DNA of 64,000 nucleotides from NCBI GenBank assembly GCA_023663945.1, contig JAMPGL010000015.1:214-64213 (forward strand), read 5' to 3'. Shown here in pieces: positions 27,274 to 36,710 of this stretch. The first letter of the stretch is position 1. Each line of letters opens with the position of its first letter. The notes beneath the pieces were generated by a model. The model was not told the origin of the DNA and did not search any database. It saw nothing but the letters and a program-made list of their open reading frames with translations. This DNA is from Lachnospiraceae bacterium (GTDB lineage Bacteria > Bacillota > Clostridia > Lachnospirales > Lachnospiraceae). The position numbers and the translations under genes were made by a program.

Positions 27274-28491
27274 ATGGGTATCGGTATTAATGTAGGTACA
27301 AATCGGGATTGTTCTTATTTATTTCAAGGGCTTTCATCCAGCGGTGGCGGAATGGGGAATCTGAATTTCCTTTCAGACTATGCCAGCATTAAGAACGGCA
27401 GCTACGGGAAGCTTATGAAGTCCTATTACGGCACAACGCAGAGCGCGAGTGCATCGAGCTCAAGCAAGAAGAGCGGCTCACGTGATGTTCTTGAGGAGAT
27501 TTTAGAGGCGAAGAAGAATCCGAAGGTTTCTAAAGAGGCACAGAAGGCAAATTCAGATTTGACAACGGGGCTTTCCAGTCTGAATAACTCCATTTCTGCA
27601 TTGCAGGGCGAGAAGATTTACTCAGACACGGAGAACGGCAGCAGTGCAGAGAGCAAGGTTGTTTCTGCAATGAAGGATTATGTGTCAAATTACAATAATG
27701 TTGTGAACGCGGCAAAGGGCTCCACGTTAACGGGCAAGACGGCATATGTGGCGAATATGATGAGCAGTACGGCGGCAAGTGCTGATAAGCTTGCGGAGAT
27801 TGGCGTTACGATCAATACAGACGGCACGCTTGAACTGAATGAAAGCAAGCTGAAAGCGGCAGGCGTTTCTAAGGTTCAGGAGTTATTCTCCTCCGATGAT
27901 CTTATGAGCTATGGCTCTAGAGTTGCATCTCGCGTTAAATTTGCAGGCGGTGCGTCCAGCACAAATGCTGCAACGGCGGACAGCACAGAGACGGGCAGCA
28001 CCACAGGCATCGGAGCGGCTTATCTCAAAGCGGACGCTAAGGCTCTTGCATCCGACAAGTTATACGAAATGATGAAGGATAAAGACGGCAACGAAACCAA
28101 TAAATACGATGTTGACAAGATTTTTGCTACAGCTAAGAGCTTTGTGAATAATTATAACAGTACGTTCAAGGCGGCTGAATCAAGTACTAATTCCGGCGTA
28201 TTAGCAAACTTATCTTACATCAGAGAGAAGACGGCATATAGTGAGAACACTTTAAAGCAGTTTGGCATCAGCTTAGATACGAAGGGCAGAATGCAGATTA
28301 ATGAGGACACATTCAAAAATTCAGATATGTCTCAGGTACAGGCATTTTTCAAGGATTATGGTTCTTCTATTGCAACCAATGCGTCACTGGTAGATTACTA
28401 TATGACCACGCAGGCAAGCGCTGCTGACGGTTATACATCTGACGGATCGTACAATGTACAGGGTAGTGTCCGTTATGCCGATACAATATAG
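27274..28491 (+). CDS. Protein with two tandem FliD C-terminal-like domains
   Basis: Twice: K.(F/Y)V.NYN ... L..(I/F)G(V/I)..(N/D)..G.(L/M).(L/I)NE..(L/F)K; RBS AAGGAG. Confidence 0.55.
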   Translation: MGIGINVGTNRDCSYLFQGLSSSGGGMGNLNFLSDYASIKNGSYGKLMKSYYGTTQSASASSSSKKSGSRDVLEEILEAKKNPKVSKEAQKANSDLTTGLSSLNNSISALQGEKIYSDTENGSSAESKVVSAMKDYVSNYNNVVNAAKGSTLTGKTAYVANMMSSTAASADKLAEIGVTINTDGTLELNESKLKAAGVSKVQELFSSDDLMSYGSRVASRVKFAGGASSTNAATADSTETGSTTGIGAAYLKADAKALASDKLYEMMKDKDGNETNKYDVDKIFATAKSFVNNYNSTFKAAESSTNSGVLANLSYIREKTAYSENTLKQFGISLDTKGRMQINEDTFKNSDMSQVQAFFKDYGSSIATNASLVDYYMTTQASAADGYTSDGSYNVQGSVRYADTI

Positions 28492-28519
28492 CTTTTCAGA
28501 ATATGGTATATAAATAAGC

Positions 28520-28565
28520 AAGGAGCGGACCGCTGGATTTTTATTCAGTGGTCCGCTCCTTTTTC
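28520..28565 (+). terminator. Intrinsic terminator
   Basis: AAGGAGCGGACCGCTGGA...TTCAGTGGTCCGCTCCTT + T-run. Confidence 0.85.
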
Positions 28566-28635
28566 TGCTTTTGAAGGTTGAAGAACGTAAGCAGGAAATG
28601 CTATAATAAAAAGAAAAAGAAAGAAGGTATTTGCT

Positions 28636-29778
28636 ATGGTTAATCGTTTTGTACTGAATGGAATTTCTTATCACGGGGCGGGTGCGATCAAGGAGATTCC
28701 GGAAATTATTAAGAGCAAAGGGTTTAAGAAGGCTTTTGTGGCATCGGATCCGGATCTGGTGAAATTTGGGGTAACTGCAAAGGTTACAAATCTTCTGGAT
28801 GCGGAAAATCTGGCGTATGAAGTGTATTCTGACATTAAGCCGAATCCGACGATTGAAAATGTGAAGGCAGGCGTGGCTGCATACAAAGCATCGGGTGCAG
28901 ATTATATGATTACGATTGGCGGCGGCTCCTCTATGGATACCGGTAAAGCAATCGGAATCATTATTAACAATCCGGAATTTGAGGACGTGCGTTCTTTGGA
29001 GGGCGTAGCGCCCACCAAAAATAAGACGGTGTATACCATTGCGGTTCCCACTACGGCAGGCACGGCGGCAGAGGCAACCATCAATTATGTAATTACGGAT
29101 GTTGAGAAAAAGAGAAAATTTGTGTGTGTGGATGTGAATGACATTCCGGATATTGCAGTTGTAGATCCTGAAATGATGTCCAGCATGCCGAAGAGCCTGA
29201 CGGCGGCAACGGGCATGGATGCACTGACTCATGCAATTGAGGGATATACTACAAAAGCGGCATGGAGACTGGCGGATTGCCTGAATTTAGAGGCAATCAG
29301 ATTGATTTCTGAAAATCTCAGAGGCGCGGTGGAGAATACGGAAGAGGGGCGCGAAGGAATGGCGCTTGGTCAGTTTGTAACAGGTATGGCGTTCTCTAAC
29401 GTAGGGCTTGGAATTGCACATTCTATGGCGCATACTTTGGGAGCAGTTTATGACACGCCTCACGGCGTAGCGTGCGCAATGATGCTGCCGATCGTTATGG
29501 AATACAACGCTGAGACCACCGGCGAAAAGTTTAAGGATATTGCGGAAGCAATGGGCGTAGACACTACAGGAATGTCTCAGGAAGAGTATCGCAAGGCGGC
29601 TATTGCGGCAGTGCGTCAGTTATCTGAGGATGTCGGAATCCCGGCAAAGCTGGAAGCGCTTAAGGAAGAAGATCTGGACTTTTTGGCAGAATCGGCGTTT
29701 GCAGATGCATGTTGTCCCGGCAACCCGAAGGATACCAATGTGGAAGACCTGAAAGAGTTATTCCGTAAGTTAATGTAA
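28636..29778 (+). CDS. fucO: Lactaldehyde reductase (iron-containing alcohol dehydrogenase)
   Basis: NRFVLNGISYHGAGA, GGGSSMDTGK, GMDALTHAIEG, HSMAH, PHGVACA. Confidence 0.9.
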   Translation: MVNRFVLNGISYHGAGAIKEIPEIIKSKGFKKAFVASDPDLVKFGVTAKVTNLLDAENLAYEVYSDIKPNPTIENVKAGVAAYKASGADYMITIGGGSSMDTGKAIGIIINNPEFEDVRSLEGVAPTKNKTVYTIAVPTTAGTAAEATINYVITDVEKKRKFVCVDVNDIPDIAVVDPEMMSSMPKSLTAATGMDALTHAIEGYTTKAAWRLADCLNLEAIRLISENLRGAVENTEEGREGMALGQFVTGMAFSNVGLGIAHSMAHTLGAVYDTPHGVACAMMLPIVMEYNAETTGEKFKDIAEAMGVDTTGMSQEEYRKAAIAAVRQLSEDVGIPAKLEALKEEDLDFLAESAFADACCPGNPKDTNVEDLKELFRKLM

Positions 29779-29806
29779 TCGAGATGAAAAGGAGCGGAGG
29801 GTCAGG

Positions 29807-30799
29807 ATGTACACGGCAGACAAGGCAAGATACGGGACAATGATTTACAACAGGTGCGGCAGGAGCGGTTTGAAACTGCCGGCGATTTCCCTTGGAATGT
29901 GGCATAATTTTGGGTCGGTCAATCAGATTGACAACATGAAACAGATTCTTTTTACCGCCTTTGACAGTGGGATTACGCATTTTGACCTTGCCAATAATTA
30001 TGGTCCGGCATATGGAAGCGCGGAGGCGAATCTGGGAAGGATCTTAAAGTCCGATTTAATGCCGTATCGAAATGAATTGGTAATTTCCACCAAGGCGGGA
30101 TATGATATGTGGAAAGGACCTTACGGGGACGGAGGTTCCCGCAAGTATCTGATTGCCAGCTTGGATGACAGCCTGAAAAGATTAGGGCTGGAATATGTTG
30201 ATATTTTTTATCATCACAGACCTGACCCGGATACTCCCATGGAAGAGACCATGCAGGCGTTAGACCAGATCGTGCGGTCGGGCAAGGCGCTTTATGTGGG
30301 GATTTCCAATTACAATCAGGAGCAGACCAGAGAGGCGTACCGCATTCTGCGTGAACAGAAAACGCCCTTTGTGGTTAATCAGGTTTCTTATTCGATGCTG
30401 AACCGCTGGATTGAAACGGACGGGGTAAAGGACTTCCTGTATCGGAACGGAATCGGCTGTATTGCATTCAGCCCCTTGGCGCAGGGAATCCTTACAGGAA
30501 AATATTTGAATGGCATTCCGCAGGATTCCAGAGCGGGAAGCGGAAAGAGCCCTTATCTCCGCAAGAGGGATATTTCGGAGGAAAAGTTAAGCAAGGTGAG
30601 AGAGCTTTCCGAAATAGCCAAGGAACGTGGGCAGTCTTTAACGCAGATGGCGCTGGCGTGGATTCTTAAGGATGGCAGGATAACCTCTGTCCTGATTGGA
30701 GCCAGCAGAGCGGAGCAGATTATCGAAAATTTAAAAGCACTTGAAAATATTCAATTTTCACGGGAAGAGAGTGAGCGGATCGATCAGATCCTAGAATGA
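29807..30799 (+). CDS. mgrA: Aldo/keto reductase, L-glyceraldehyde 3-phosphate reductase (YghZ/MgrA type)
   Basis: RCGRSGLKLPAISLGMWHNFG, HFDLANNYGP, KAGYDMWKGPYGDGGSRKYL. Confidence 0.85.
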   Translation: MYTADKARYGTMIYNRCGRSGLKLPAISLGMWHNFGSVNQIDNMKQILFTAFDSGITHFDLANNYGPAYGSAEANLGRILKSDLMPYRNELVISTKAGYDMWKGPYGDGGSRKYLIASLDDSLKRLGLEYVDIFYHHRPDPDTPMEETMQALDQIVRSGKALYVGISNYNQEQTREAYRILREQKTPFVVNQVSYSMLNRWIETDGVKDFLYRNGIGCIAFSPLAQGILTGKYLNGIPQDSRAGSGKSPYLRKRDISEEKLSKVRELSEIAKERGQSLTQMALAWILKDGRITSVLIGASRAEQIIENLKALENIQFSREESERIDQILE

Positions 30800-31633
30800 C
30801 ACTTTGTTTTCTTTGAAGCGGATGATCATTTCACGGGTAAGGCTGACATGGTCATCCTCCAAAGAAATTTCGTCCCGGGAAAACCAGCCGGCTTCCGACA
30901 GTTCACCGGTGTCTAAGGTGATTTGGTCGGAGCCGTCAAGCTGGGCGAAATATCCCAGCAGAAGACTTCCCGAAAAAGCCCAGGGCTGGCTTTTGTAGTA
31001 ACGGATATTCTTTACTTTCAGCCCCACCTCTTCCATCACTTCTCTTGCCACGGTCTGTTCGGCATTTTCGCCGATTTCCGTAAATCCGGCAATCAGGGCG
31101 TAGTTGGTGTAGGAACGCCCTGCATATTTACTCATCAATATTTTATCACCATGGATAACGCCTACAATGACAGCAGGAGAAATTCTGGGATAAACCATGT
31201 TGCGGCACTTAGGGCAAAAAAGCATCCGCTCCTTAGAGTCGGGAAGCATGGAGCTTTGGCAGCGTCCGCAGAATTGGTTGAGCTGATACCAGTTAAAAAG
31301 ATGGTAGCCGGTAATTCCGGCAAAGGCGCAGTGCTTAGGGAGCGCAGTCCGAAAAATACGCACTTCCTCATACTGATAGCCGGAGAGCAGAAAAGGGGCT
31401 TCAAAGCCCGTATCCGGAAAGGCAAGAAAATATTTCATGCTGTCAACGGAAAATAAATAGTAATAGCGAAAGGGAGCTCCCTGCATCTCCTGAAAAACAG
31501 GATAGCGCAGTTTTCCGTCCTGAAAACGAACCAGCGCTTTGTTCTGGTGAAATACCAAAATGCGGTGGCAGGATTCGGGACTTTGCAACTGATATTCACA
31601 GTGATAAATTCTAGGATAAATATCTTGTATCAT
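30791..31633 (-). CDS. nudC: NAD(+) diphosphatase
   Basis: Zn ribbon FCGRC..CPKC, YPRISPAVIV, Nudix box AGF.EIGENAEQTVAREVMEEVGL, SQPWAF. Confidence 0.92.
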   Translation of the reverse strand: MIQDIYPRIYHCEYQLQSPESCHRILVFHQNKALVRFQDGKLRYPVFQEMQGAPFRYYYLFSVDSMKYFLAFPDTGFEAPFLLSGYQYEEVRIFRTALPKHCAFAGITGYHLFNWYQLNQFCGRCQSSMLPDSKERMLFCPKCRNMVYPRISPAVIVGVIHGDKILMSKYAGRSYTNYALIAGFTEIGENAEQTVAREVMEEVGLKVKNIRYYKSQPWAFSGSLLLGYFAQLDGSDQITLDTGELSEAGWFSRDEISLEDDHVSLTREMIIRFKENKVSF

Positions 31634-31781
31634 AAGCTTTCTCCATTTGCCCTGCTTGTAGCTGTTTGATTTTTATGATAATATTAAAATTTGAAAGATG
31701 CAACTAATTTCAAACCGGAGAATGAGAAATATAAGATTTTTATCCCTGTCTGTGTATGCGTGAAAGGAATGGGTGATTAGT

Positions 31782-32795
31782 ATGAGATGGATGAAGTTTC
31801 GGATAAAGACGGTTACTGAGGCGGAGGATATTATTATCAGCAGCCTATATGATATTGGGCTGGAAGGGGCGCAGATTGAAGATAAGGTTCCGCTCAGCGC
31901 ATGGGAGAAGGAGCAGATGTTTGTGGATATTCTTCCTGACCAGCCGGAAGACGACGGAATTGCTTATCTGAGCTTCTTTGTGGAAGAAAAGGATGAGAAG
32001 GAAAAGGCGCAGGGCAGCCAGTATCCCCTGTTAATCCTTGGAGAGGAGGAGGTATCCGCAGAGGAGATTCTTTCCCGTGCCTATGCCGTGCTGGAGGAAG
32101 TCAAGGAATTTATGGAGATTGGCGAAGGCGGAATAGTCATAGAGGAGACAGAGGATTTAGACTGGATTAACAACTGGAAGCAGTATTTTCACCAGTTTAC
32201 CATTGATGATGTGCTGGTGATTCCGTCCTGGGAAAAAGTGGAGGCACAGGATGAGGATAAAATCATTCTTCACATTGACCCGGGAACTGCATTTGGTACG
32301 GGAATGCATGACACTACCCAGCTCTGCATCCGCAGTCTGCGCAAATATATTACGCCGGAGACGGTTCTTCTGGACGTGGGAACCGGAAGCGGGATTCTCG
32401 CCATTCTTTCGCTGATGTTTGGGGCAAAGAAAGCGGTAGGAACAGACCTAGACCCTTGTGCTGTGGAGGCAGTGAGAGAAAATAGGAAAGCAAACGGGAT
32501 TGCCGATGAGGACTTTTCTATGCTGATCGGCAATATCATCACGGATAAACAGATTCAGGACAGAGTGGGATATGAATGCTATGATATTGTAACGGCAAAC
32601 ATTCTTGCGGAGGTTTTGGTGGAGTTAACGCCGGTGATTGTGAATCATCTTAAAAAAGGCGGCATCTATATTACATCGGGAATTATCGATGATAAGGAGG
32701 ATACCGTGGTCAGCGCGGTGAAGGCGGCGGGACTGGAAGTTTTGGATGTGGCTTATCAGGGAGAGTGGGTCAGCGTGACGGCAAGAAAGAACTAA
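31782..32795 (+). CDS. prmA: 50S ribosomal protein L11 methyltransferase
   Basis: DWINNWKQYF, IDPGTAFGTGMH.TT, LDVGTGSGIL, ANILA. Confidence 0.95.
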   Translation: MRWMKFRIKTVTEAEDIIISSLYDIGLEGAQIEDKVPLSAWEKEQMFVDILPDQPEDDGIAYLSFFVEEKDEKEKAQGSQYPLLILGEEEVSAEEILSRAYAVLEEVKEFMEIGEGGIVIEETEDLDWINNWKQYFHQFTIDDVLVIPSWEKVEAQDEDKIILHIDPGTAFGTGMHDTTQLCIRSLRKYITPETVLLDVGTGSGILAILSLMFGAKKAVGTDLDPCAVEAVRENRKANGIADEDFSMLIGNIITDKQIQDRVGYECYDIVTANILAEVLVELTPVIVNHLKKGGIYITSGIIDDKEDTVVSAVKAAGLEVLDVAYQGEWVSVTARKN

Positions 32796-32870
32796 CACAT
32801 TAAAAAGTGTGTTTCTGGCTATACCGCACAGAATGGCAGGCGGAAGACGGACTTTGCTAGGGAGAATGGT

Positions 32871-33611
32871 ATGTATCAGTTTTTTGTGGATCCTTCACAG
32901 ATTCTGGACAAAGAGGCGCTAATCACAGGGAAGGATGTCAATCATATTAAACATGTGCTTCGGATGAAGCCCGGGGAGAGGGTTGCCCTGAGAACCGGAT
33001 GCGATAATCATAAGTATCTTTGCAGAATTGAAACCCTTGACGAAGAGGAAATCAGATGCAAAATCTGCGAAACAGAAGACAGCAGCGCGGAGCTTCCCTC
33101 CAAGGTATATCTTTTTCAGGGACTTCCCAAGGGAGACAAGATGGAGCTGATTATTCAGAAAGCGGTGGAGCTTGGGGTCTATGAGATTATTCCGGTAGCG
33201 TGTAAACGCGCCGTGGTGAAGTTAGATGAGAAGAAAGAGCGGTCAAAGCTTGCACGGTGGCAGGGAATTTCGGAGGCGGCGGCAAAGCAGAGCAAGAGGG
33301 AGCTGATTCCTAAGATAAAAGGCGTAATGAGCTTCCGGGAGGCAGTCTCCTACAGCAGATGCGCCAAGGTGCGGGTGATTCCTTACGAATGTTGGGAAGG
33401 GATGAACCGGACCAGAGAGATTTTGGGCGGATTGAAGCCCTCAGAGGACGCAGCGGTCTTTATCGGACCGGAAGGCGGATTCGCAGAAGAAGAAATTGAG
33501 ACGGCAGTGCAGGAGGGAATACTGCCAATCACGCTTGGAAAACGCATTCTCAGAACAGAGACGGCGGGAATAACGGTTTTGTCCATTATAATGTACCATT
33601 TAGAACAATAA
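32871..33611 (+). CDS. rsmE: 16S rRNA m3U1498 methyltransferase
   Basis: HIKHVLRM, KGDKMELIIQKAVELG, IGPEGGF, LGKRILRTETA. Confidence 0.95.
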   Translation: MYQFFVDPSQILDKEALITGKDVNHIKHVLRMKPGERVALRTGCDNHKYLCRIETLDEEEIRCKICETEDSSAELPSKVYLFQGLPKGDKMELIIQKAVELGVYEIIPVACKRAVVKLDEKKERSKLARWQGISEAAAKQSKRELIPKIKGVMSFREAVSYSRCAKVRVIPYECWEGMNRTREILGGLKPSEDAAVFIGPEGGFAEEEIETAVQEGILPITLGKRILRTETAGITVLSIIMYHLEQ

Positions 33612-33626
33612 ACATATAATATACTA

Positions 33627-33790
33627 ACCGCAAAAGAAAAACAAGCGACTGCGGAGCAGGCATTTGTTTTTCTTGCGGTAGTAACGAGCAAACGTCCGAT
33701 GAAATCGGACGAAGAGCGCGTAAGCGCGGGTTTGCGAGTTAAAAAAAAGAGCAAAAGAAAAACAAGCGACTGCGGAGCAGGCATTTGTTT
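33627..33790. repeat. Intergenic structured repeat: two identical 40-bp units flanking hairpins
   Basis: GCAAAAGAAAAACAAGCGACTGCGGAGCAGGCATTTGTTT at 33630-33669 and 33751-33790; CGTCCGAT-GAA-ATCGGACG and GCGC-GTAA-GCGC between. Confidence 0.85.
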
Positions 33791-33821
33791 GAAGGCAGAC
33801 TTTAGAAAGGCCGGTAATCAT

Positions 33822-34976
33822 ATGGAGGTATATTTGGATAATTCGGCAACTACCAGATGTTTTGATCAGGCAGCGGAGCTGACGGCGCATATCATGTGTG
33901 AAGACTACGGAAATCCCTCAAGTCTCCATAGAAAGGGCGTGCAGGCAGAAAAATACACCCGCTATGCAAAAGAGGTAATTGCAGGAAATTTAAAGGTCAA
34001 TGAAAAAGAAATCTTTTTTACATCAGGAGGAACGGAGTCGGATAATCTTGCATTGATGGGATGCGCTCGCGCGAACTGCCGCAGCGGCAGGCATTTGATT
34101 ACAACACAGATTGAGCACCCGGCTGTTTTACAGACTATGAAGCACTTGGAGGAGGAGGGGTTTCGCGTAACCTACCTTCCGGTAGATAAAAGAGGCTGTA
34201 TCAGGCTGGAGGACTTGGAGAGGGCGATTACGGGAGAGACTATCTTGGTTTCCATCATGCATACGAATAACGAAGTGGGCGCGGTGCAGCCGGTCGGTGA
34301 AGCGGGCGCTTTGATTAAAGGAATGAATCCCAGAATCTTATTTCATGTGGATGCGGTTCAGGGTTACGGAAAATTTCGGATTTATCCCAAGCGGATGAAA
34401 ATTGATCTGCTGTCAGCCAGCGGGCACAAGATTCACGGACCCAAGGGCACAGGGCTTCTCTACGTAGATGAGAAGGTTAAGATAAAGCCTATTTTATATG
34501 GAGGAGGACAGCAGGGCGGTATGCGTTCGGGAACAGAAAACGTTCCGGGGGCGGCAGGATTTGCCAAGGCAGTGGAGCTTATTTATCGGAATCTGGATGA
34601 AGACGTGTCAAAAATGTATCGGTTAAAAAAGGCTTTTACAGACGGCATACAAAAACTGGACGGTGTGGTGATAAACAGCGGATTAGGGGAAACCGGAGCG
34701 CCTCATATCGTCAGCGTATCCTTCCGGGGAGTCCGCAGCGAAGTGATTCTTCATGCGCTGGAGGACAAGGGAATTTATGTTTCCGCCGGAAGCGCATGTT
34801 CCGCCCGGAAGCCGCAGCCATCCGCAACGTTACAGGCAATGGGACTGGAAAAGGAGCTTTTGGGGTCAACCATCCGGTTCAGCTTTTCGGTCTTTACCAC
34901 AATGGATGAGATTAACTATACTTTAAAGACGTTATATGATATAATTCCTATGCTCAGAAGATACACACGCAAATAA
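33822..34976 (+). CDS. iscS: Cysteine desulfurase (ThiI-associated)
   Basis: YLDNSATT, FTSGGTES, EHPAV, HVDAVQ, SGHKIHGPKG, VSAGSACS. Confidence 0.93.
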   Translation: MEVYLDNSATTRCFDQAAELTAHIMCEDYGNPSSLHRKGVQAEKYTRYAKEVIAGNLKVNEKEIFFTSGGTESDNLALMGCARANCRSGRHLITTQIEHPAVLQTMKHLEEEGFRVTYLPVDKRGCIRLEDLERAITGETILVSIMHTNNEVGAVQPVGEAGALIKGMNPRILFHVDAVQGYGKFRIYPKRMKIDLLSASGHKIHGPKGTGLLYVDEKVKIKPILYGGGQQGGMRSGTENVPGAAGFAKAVELIYRNLDEDVSKMYRLKKAFTDGIQKLDGVVINSGLGETGAPHIVSVSFRGVRSEVILHALEDKGIYVSAGSACSARKPQPSATLQAMGLEKELLGSTIRFSFSVFTTMDEINYTLKTLYDIIPMLRRYTRK

Positions 34977-35143
34977 CAACGAGGATGTCGCATTAAGACC
35001 GAGCCATACAATATACAGTTGATTCCCGCGGGCAACGAGTCAAGTGGCTGCCTGCATCGGGGCTGTTGACTACATTCTGTAAAATATTCATATATTGTAT
35101 GTGCTTTGCTTATTGCGACAGCCCCATGAAATAAGGAGTCGGC

Positions 35144-36328
35144 ATGTTCAGTGCGTTTTTGATTAAATACGCGGAAATCGGCGTAAAAGGGAAAAACAAA
35201 TATTTATTTGAGGAGGCGCTGGCGCAGCAGATTAAGTATGCATTAAAGCGCTGTGAAGGAGAATTTAAGGTTACCAGGACGGAGGGCAGAATTTATGTTC
35301 ATGCACTGTCCGGCTTTGATTATGAGGAGACGGTGGACAACCTGAAGACGGTGTTTGGCGTTTCGGGAATCTGTCCGGTTGTCTATGAGGACGATAGGGG
35401 GTTCGAGGAGCTTGCAAAGACGGTGGTCTCTTACGTGGATGAGGTCTATCCGGATAAGCATATGACCTTTAAGGTGCAGGCAAGAAGAGCCCGAAAGAAT
35501 TATCCCATGAATTCCATGGAAATCAACGGGGCGCTTGGAGAGGCGGTTCTGACGGCTTATCCGGAAATGAAGGTGGACGTGCACCATCCGGATGTAATGC
35601 TCTATGTGGAGATTCGGGAGAAGATATATATTTATTCCATTGAAATTCCCGGACCCGGCGGTATGCCGGTGGGAAGCAACGGAAAGGCAATGCTGCTTTT
35701 GTCCGGCGGAATTGATTCGCCGGTGGCAGGGTATATGATTGCCAAGCGCGGAGTGAAGATTGACGCGGTTTATTTTCATGCGCCCCCTTATACCAGCGAC
35801 CGTGCCAAGCAGAAGGTGCTCGATCTGGCAAAGCAGGTGTCCCGCTATGCAGGACCGGTTTATCTCCATATCATTAATTTTACGGATATTCAGCTTTATA
35901 TTTATGAGAAATGCCCCCACGAGGAGCTTACCATTATCATGCGCCGGTATATGATGAAGATTGCGGAAATGCTTGCGAAGGAAAATGACTGTCTGGGGCT
36001 GATCACGGGGGAGAGCATCGGTCAGGTTGCTTCCCAGACGGTGCAGTCGCTGGCGGTGACCAACGAGGTCTGCACCCTGCCTGTGTTCCGCCCGCTGATT
36101 GGATTTGACAAGATGGAGATTGTGGAGGTTTCGGAAAGAATCGGCACTTATGAGACGTCGATTCTCCCCTATGAGGACTGCTGTACCATTTTTGTGGCAA
36201 AGCATCCGGTGACAAAGCCGAATTTAAATGTGATCAAGCGTCATGAGCAGAATTTGACGGAAAAGATTGACGAGCTGGTCAGAGAGGCGATAGATTCTGA
36301 TGAGACAGTGGTCGTTAAATGGACGTAA
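35144..36328 (+). CDS. thiI: tRNA 4-thiouridine synthase
   Basis: THUMP domain; LLSGGIDSPVA; TGESIGQVASQT; EDCC. Confidence 0.95.
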   Translation: MFSAFLIKYAEIGVKGKNKYLFEEALAQQIKYALKRCEGEFKVTRTEGRIYVHALSGFDYEETVDNLKTVFGVSGICPVVYEDDRGFEELAKTVVSYVDEVYPDKHMTFKVQARRARKNYPMNSMEINGALGEAVLTAYPEMKVDVHHPDVMLYVEIREKIYIYSIEIPGPGGMPVGSNGKAMLLLSGGIDSPVAGYMIAKRGVKIDAVYFHAPPYTSDRAKQKVLDLAKQVSRYAGPVYLHIINFTDIQLYIYEKCPHEELTIIMRRYMMKIAEMLAKENDCLGLITGESIGQVASQTVQSLAVTNEVCTLPVFRPLIGFDKMEIVEVSERIGTYETSILPYEDCCTIFVAKHPVTKPNLNVIKRHEQNLTEKIDELVREAIDSDETVVVKWT

Positions 36329-36348
36329 AAAGGACTGCCATCCGGCAG
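36329..36348. terminator. Hairpin between convergent thiI and HPr-like genes
   Basis: GGACTGCC-ATCC-GGCAGTCC. Confidence 0.55.
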
Positions 36349-36376
36349 TCCCTGCTTTCGCCTTGCGGCTGTTTCA

Positions 36377-36607
36377 CTAGATCATGTAAGGCTTCAATGC
36401 TTCCAAAATCTCTTCCACATTGTCTTCCACATGAATATTCAGATCGATAGGCTTAGATAAATCCAAACTGAAAATGCCCATGATAGACTTTGCATCGATA
36501 ACATATCTTCCGGATACCAGATCAAAGTCATAATCAAATTTTGTAATATCATTTACGAACGATTTTACTTTGTCGATTGAATTTAATGAAATCTGAACTG
36601 TTTTCAT
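36377..36607 (-). CDS. HPr family protein (lacks His15)
   Basis: IDAKSIMGIFSLDL (Ser46 region) retained; no GLHARP motif. Confidence 0.8.
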   Translation of the reverse strand: MKTVQISLNSIDKVKSFVNDITKFDYDFDLVSGRYVIDAKSIMGIFSLDLSKPIDLNIHVEDNVEEILEALKPYMI

Positions 36608-36710
36608 GGTAAGTTACCTCCTTCAAATTGTTCATACCTTCTGCTATTATAGTAAGGGGTAACGTGTGAAAAGTCAATGATAAAACAATACAAAAAAATT
36701 GGTGATTAAT

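Noticed and set aside
28384-29232. 282-aa minus-strand ORF
   Set aside because: Antisense shadow of fucO crossing a strong terminator
33630-33790. Two identical 40-bp repeats as a mini-CRISPR array
   Set aside because: Only two units, 81-bp structured spacer, no cas genes or leader in the window
33699-33821. N-terminal extension of the cysteine desulfurase ORF
   Set aside because: Translates the intergenic repeat; family start MEVYLDNSATT is at 33822
16377-35057. TGCCTGCAT at four intergenic sites (16377, 16671, 21820, 35049) as a REP family
   Set aside because: Only 9 bp, also occurs in coding sequence (e.g. ~9131); flanks align only partly
35243-36205. 320-aa minus-strand ORF
   Set aside because: Antisense shadow of thiI; no motifs or RBS
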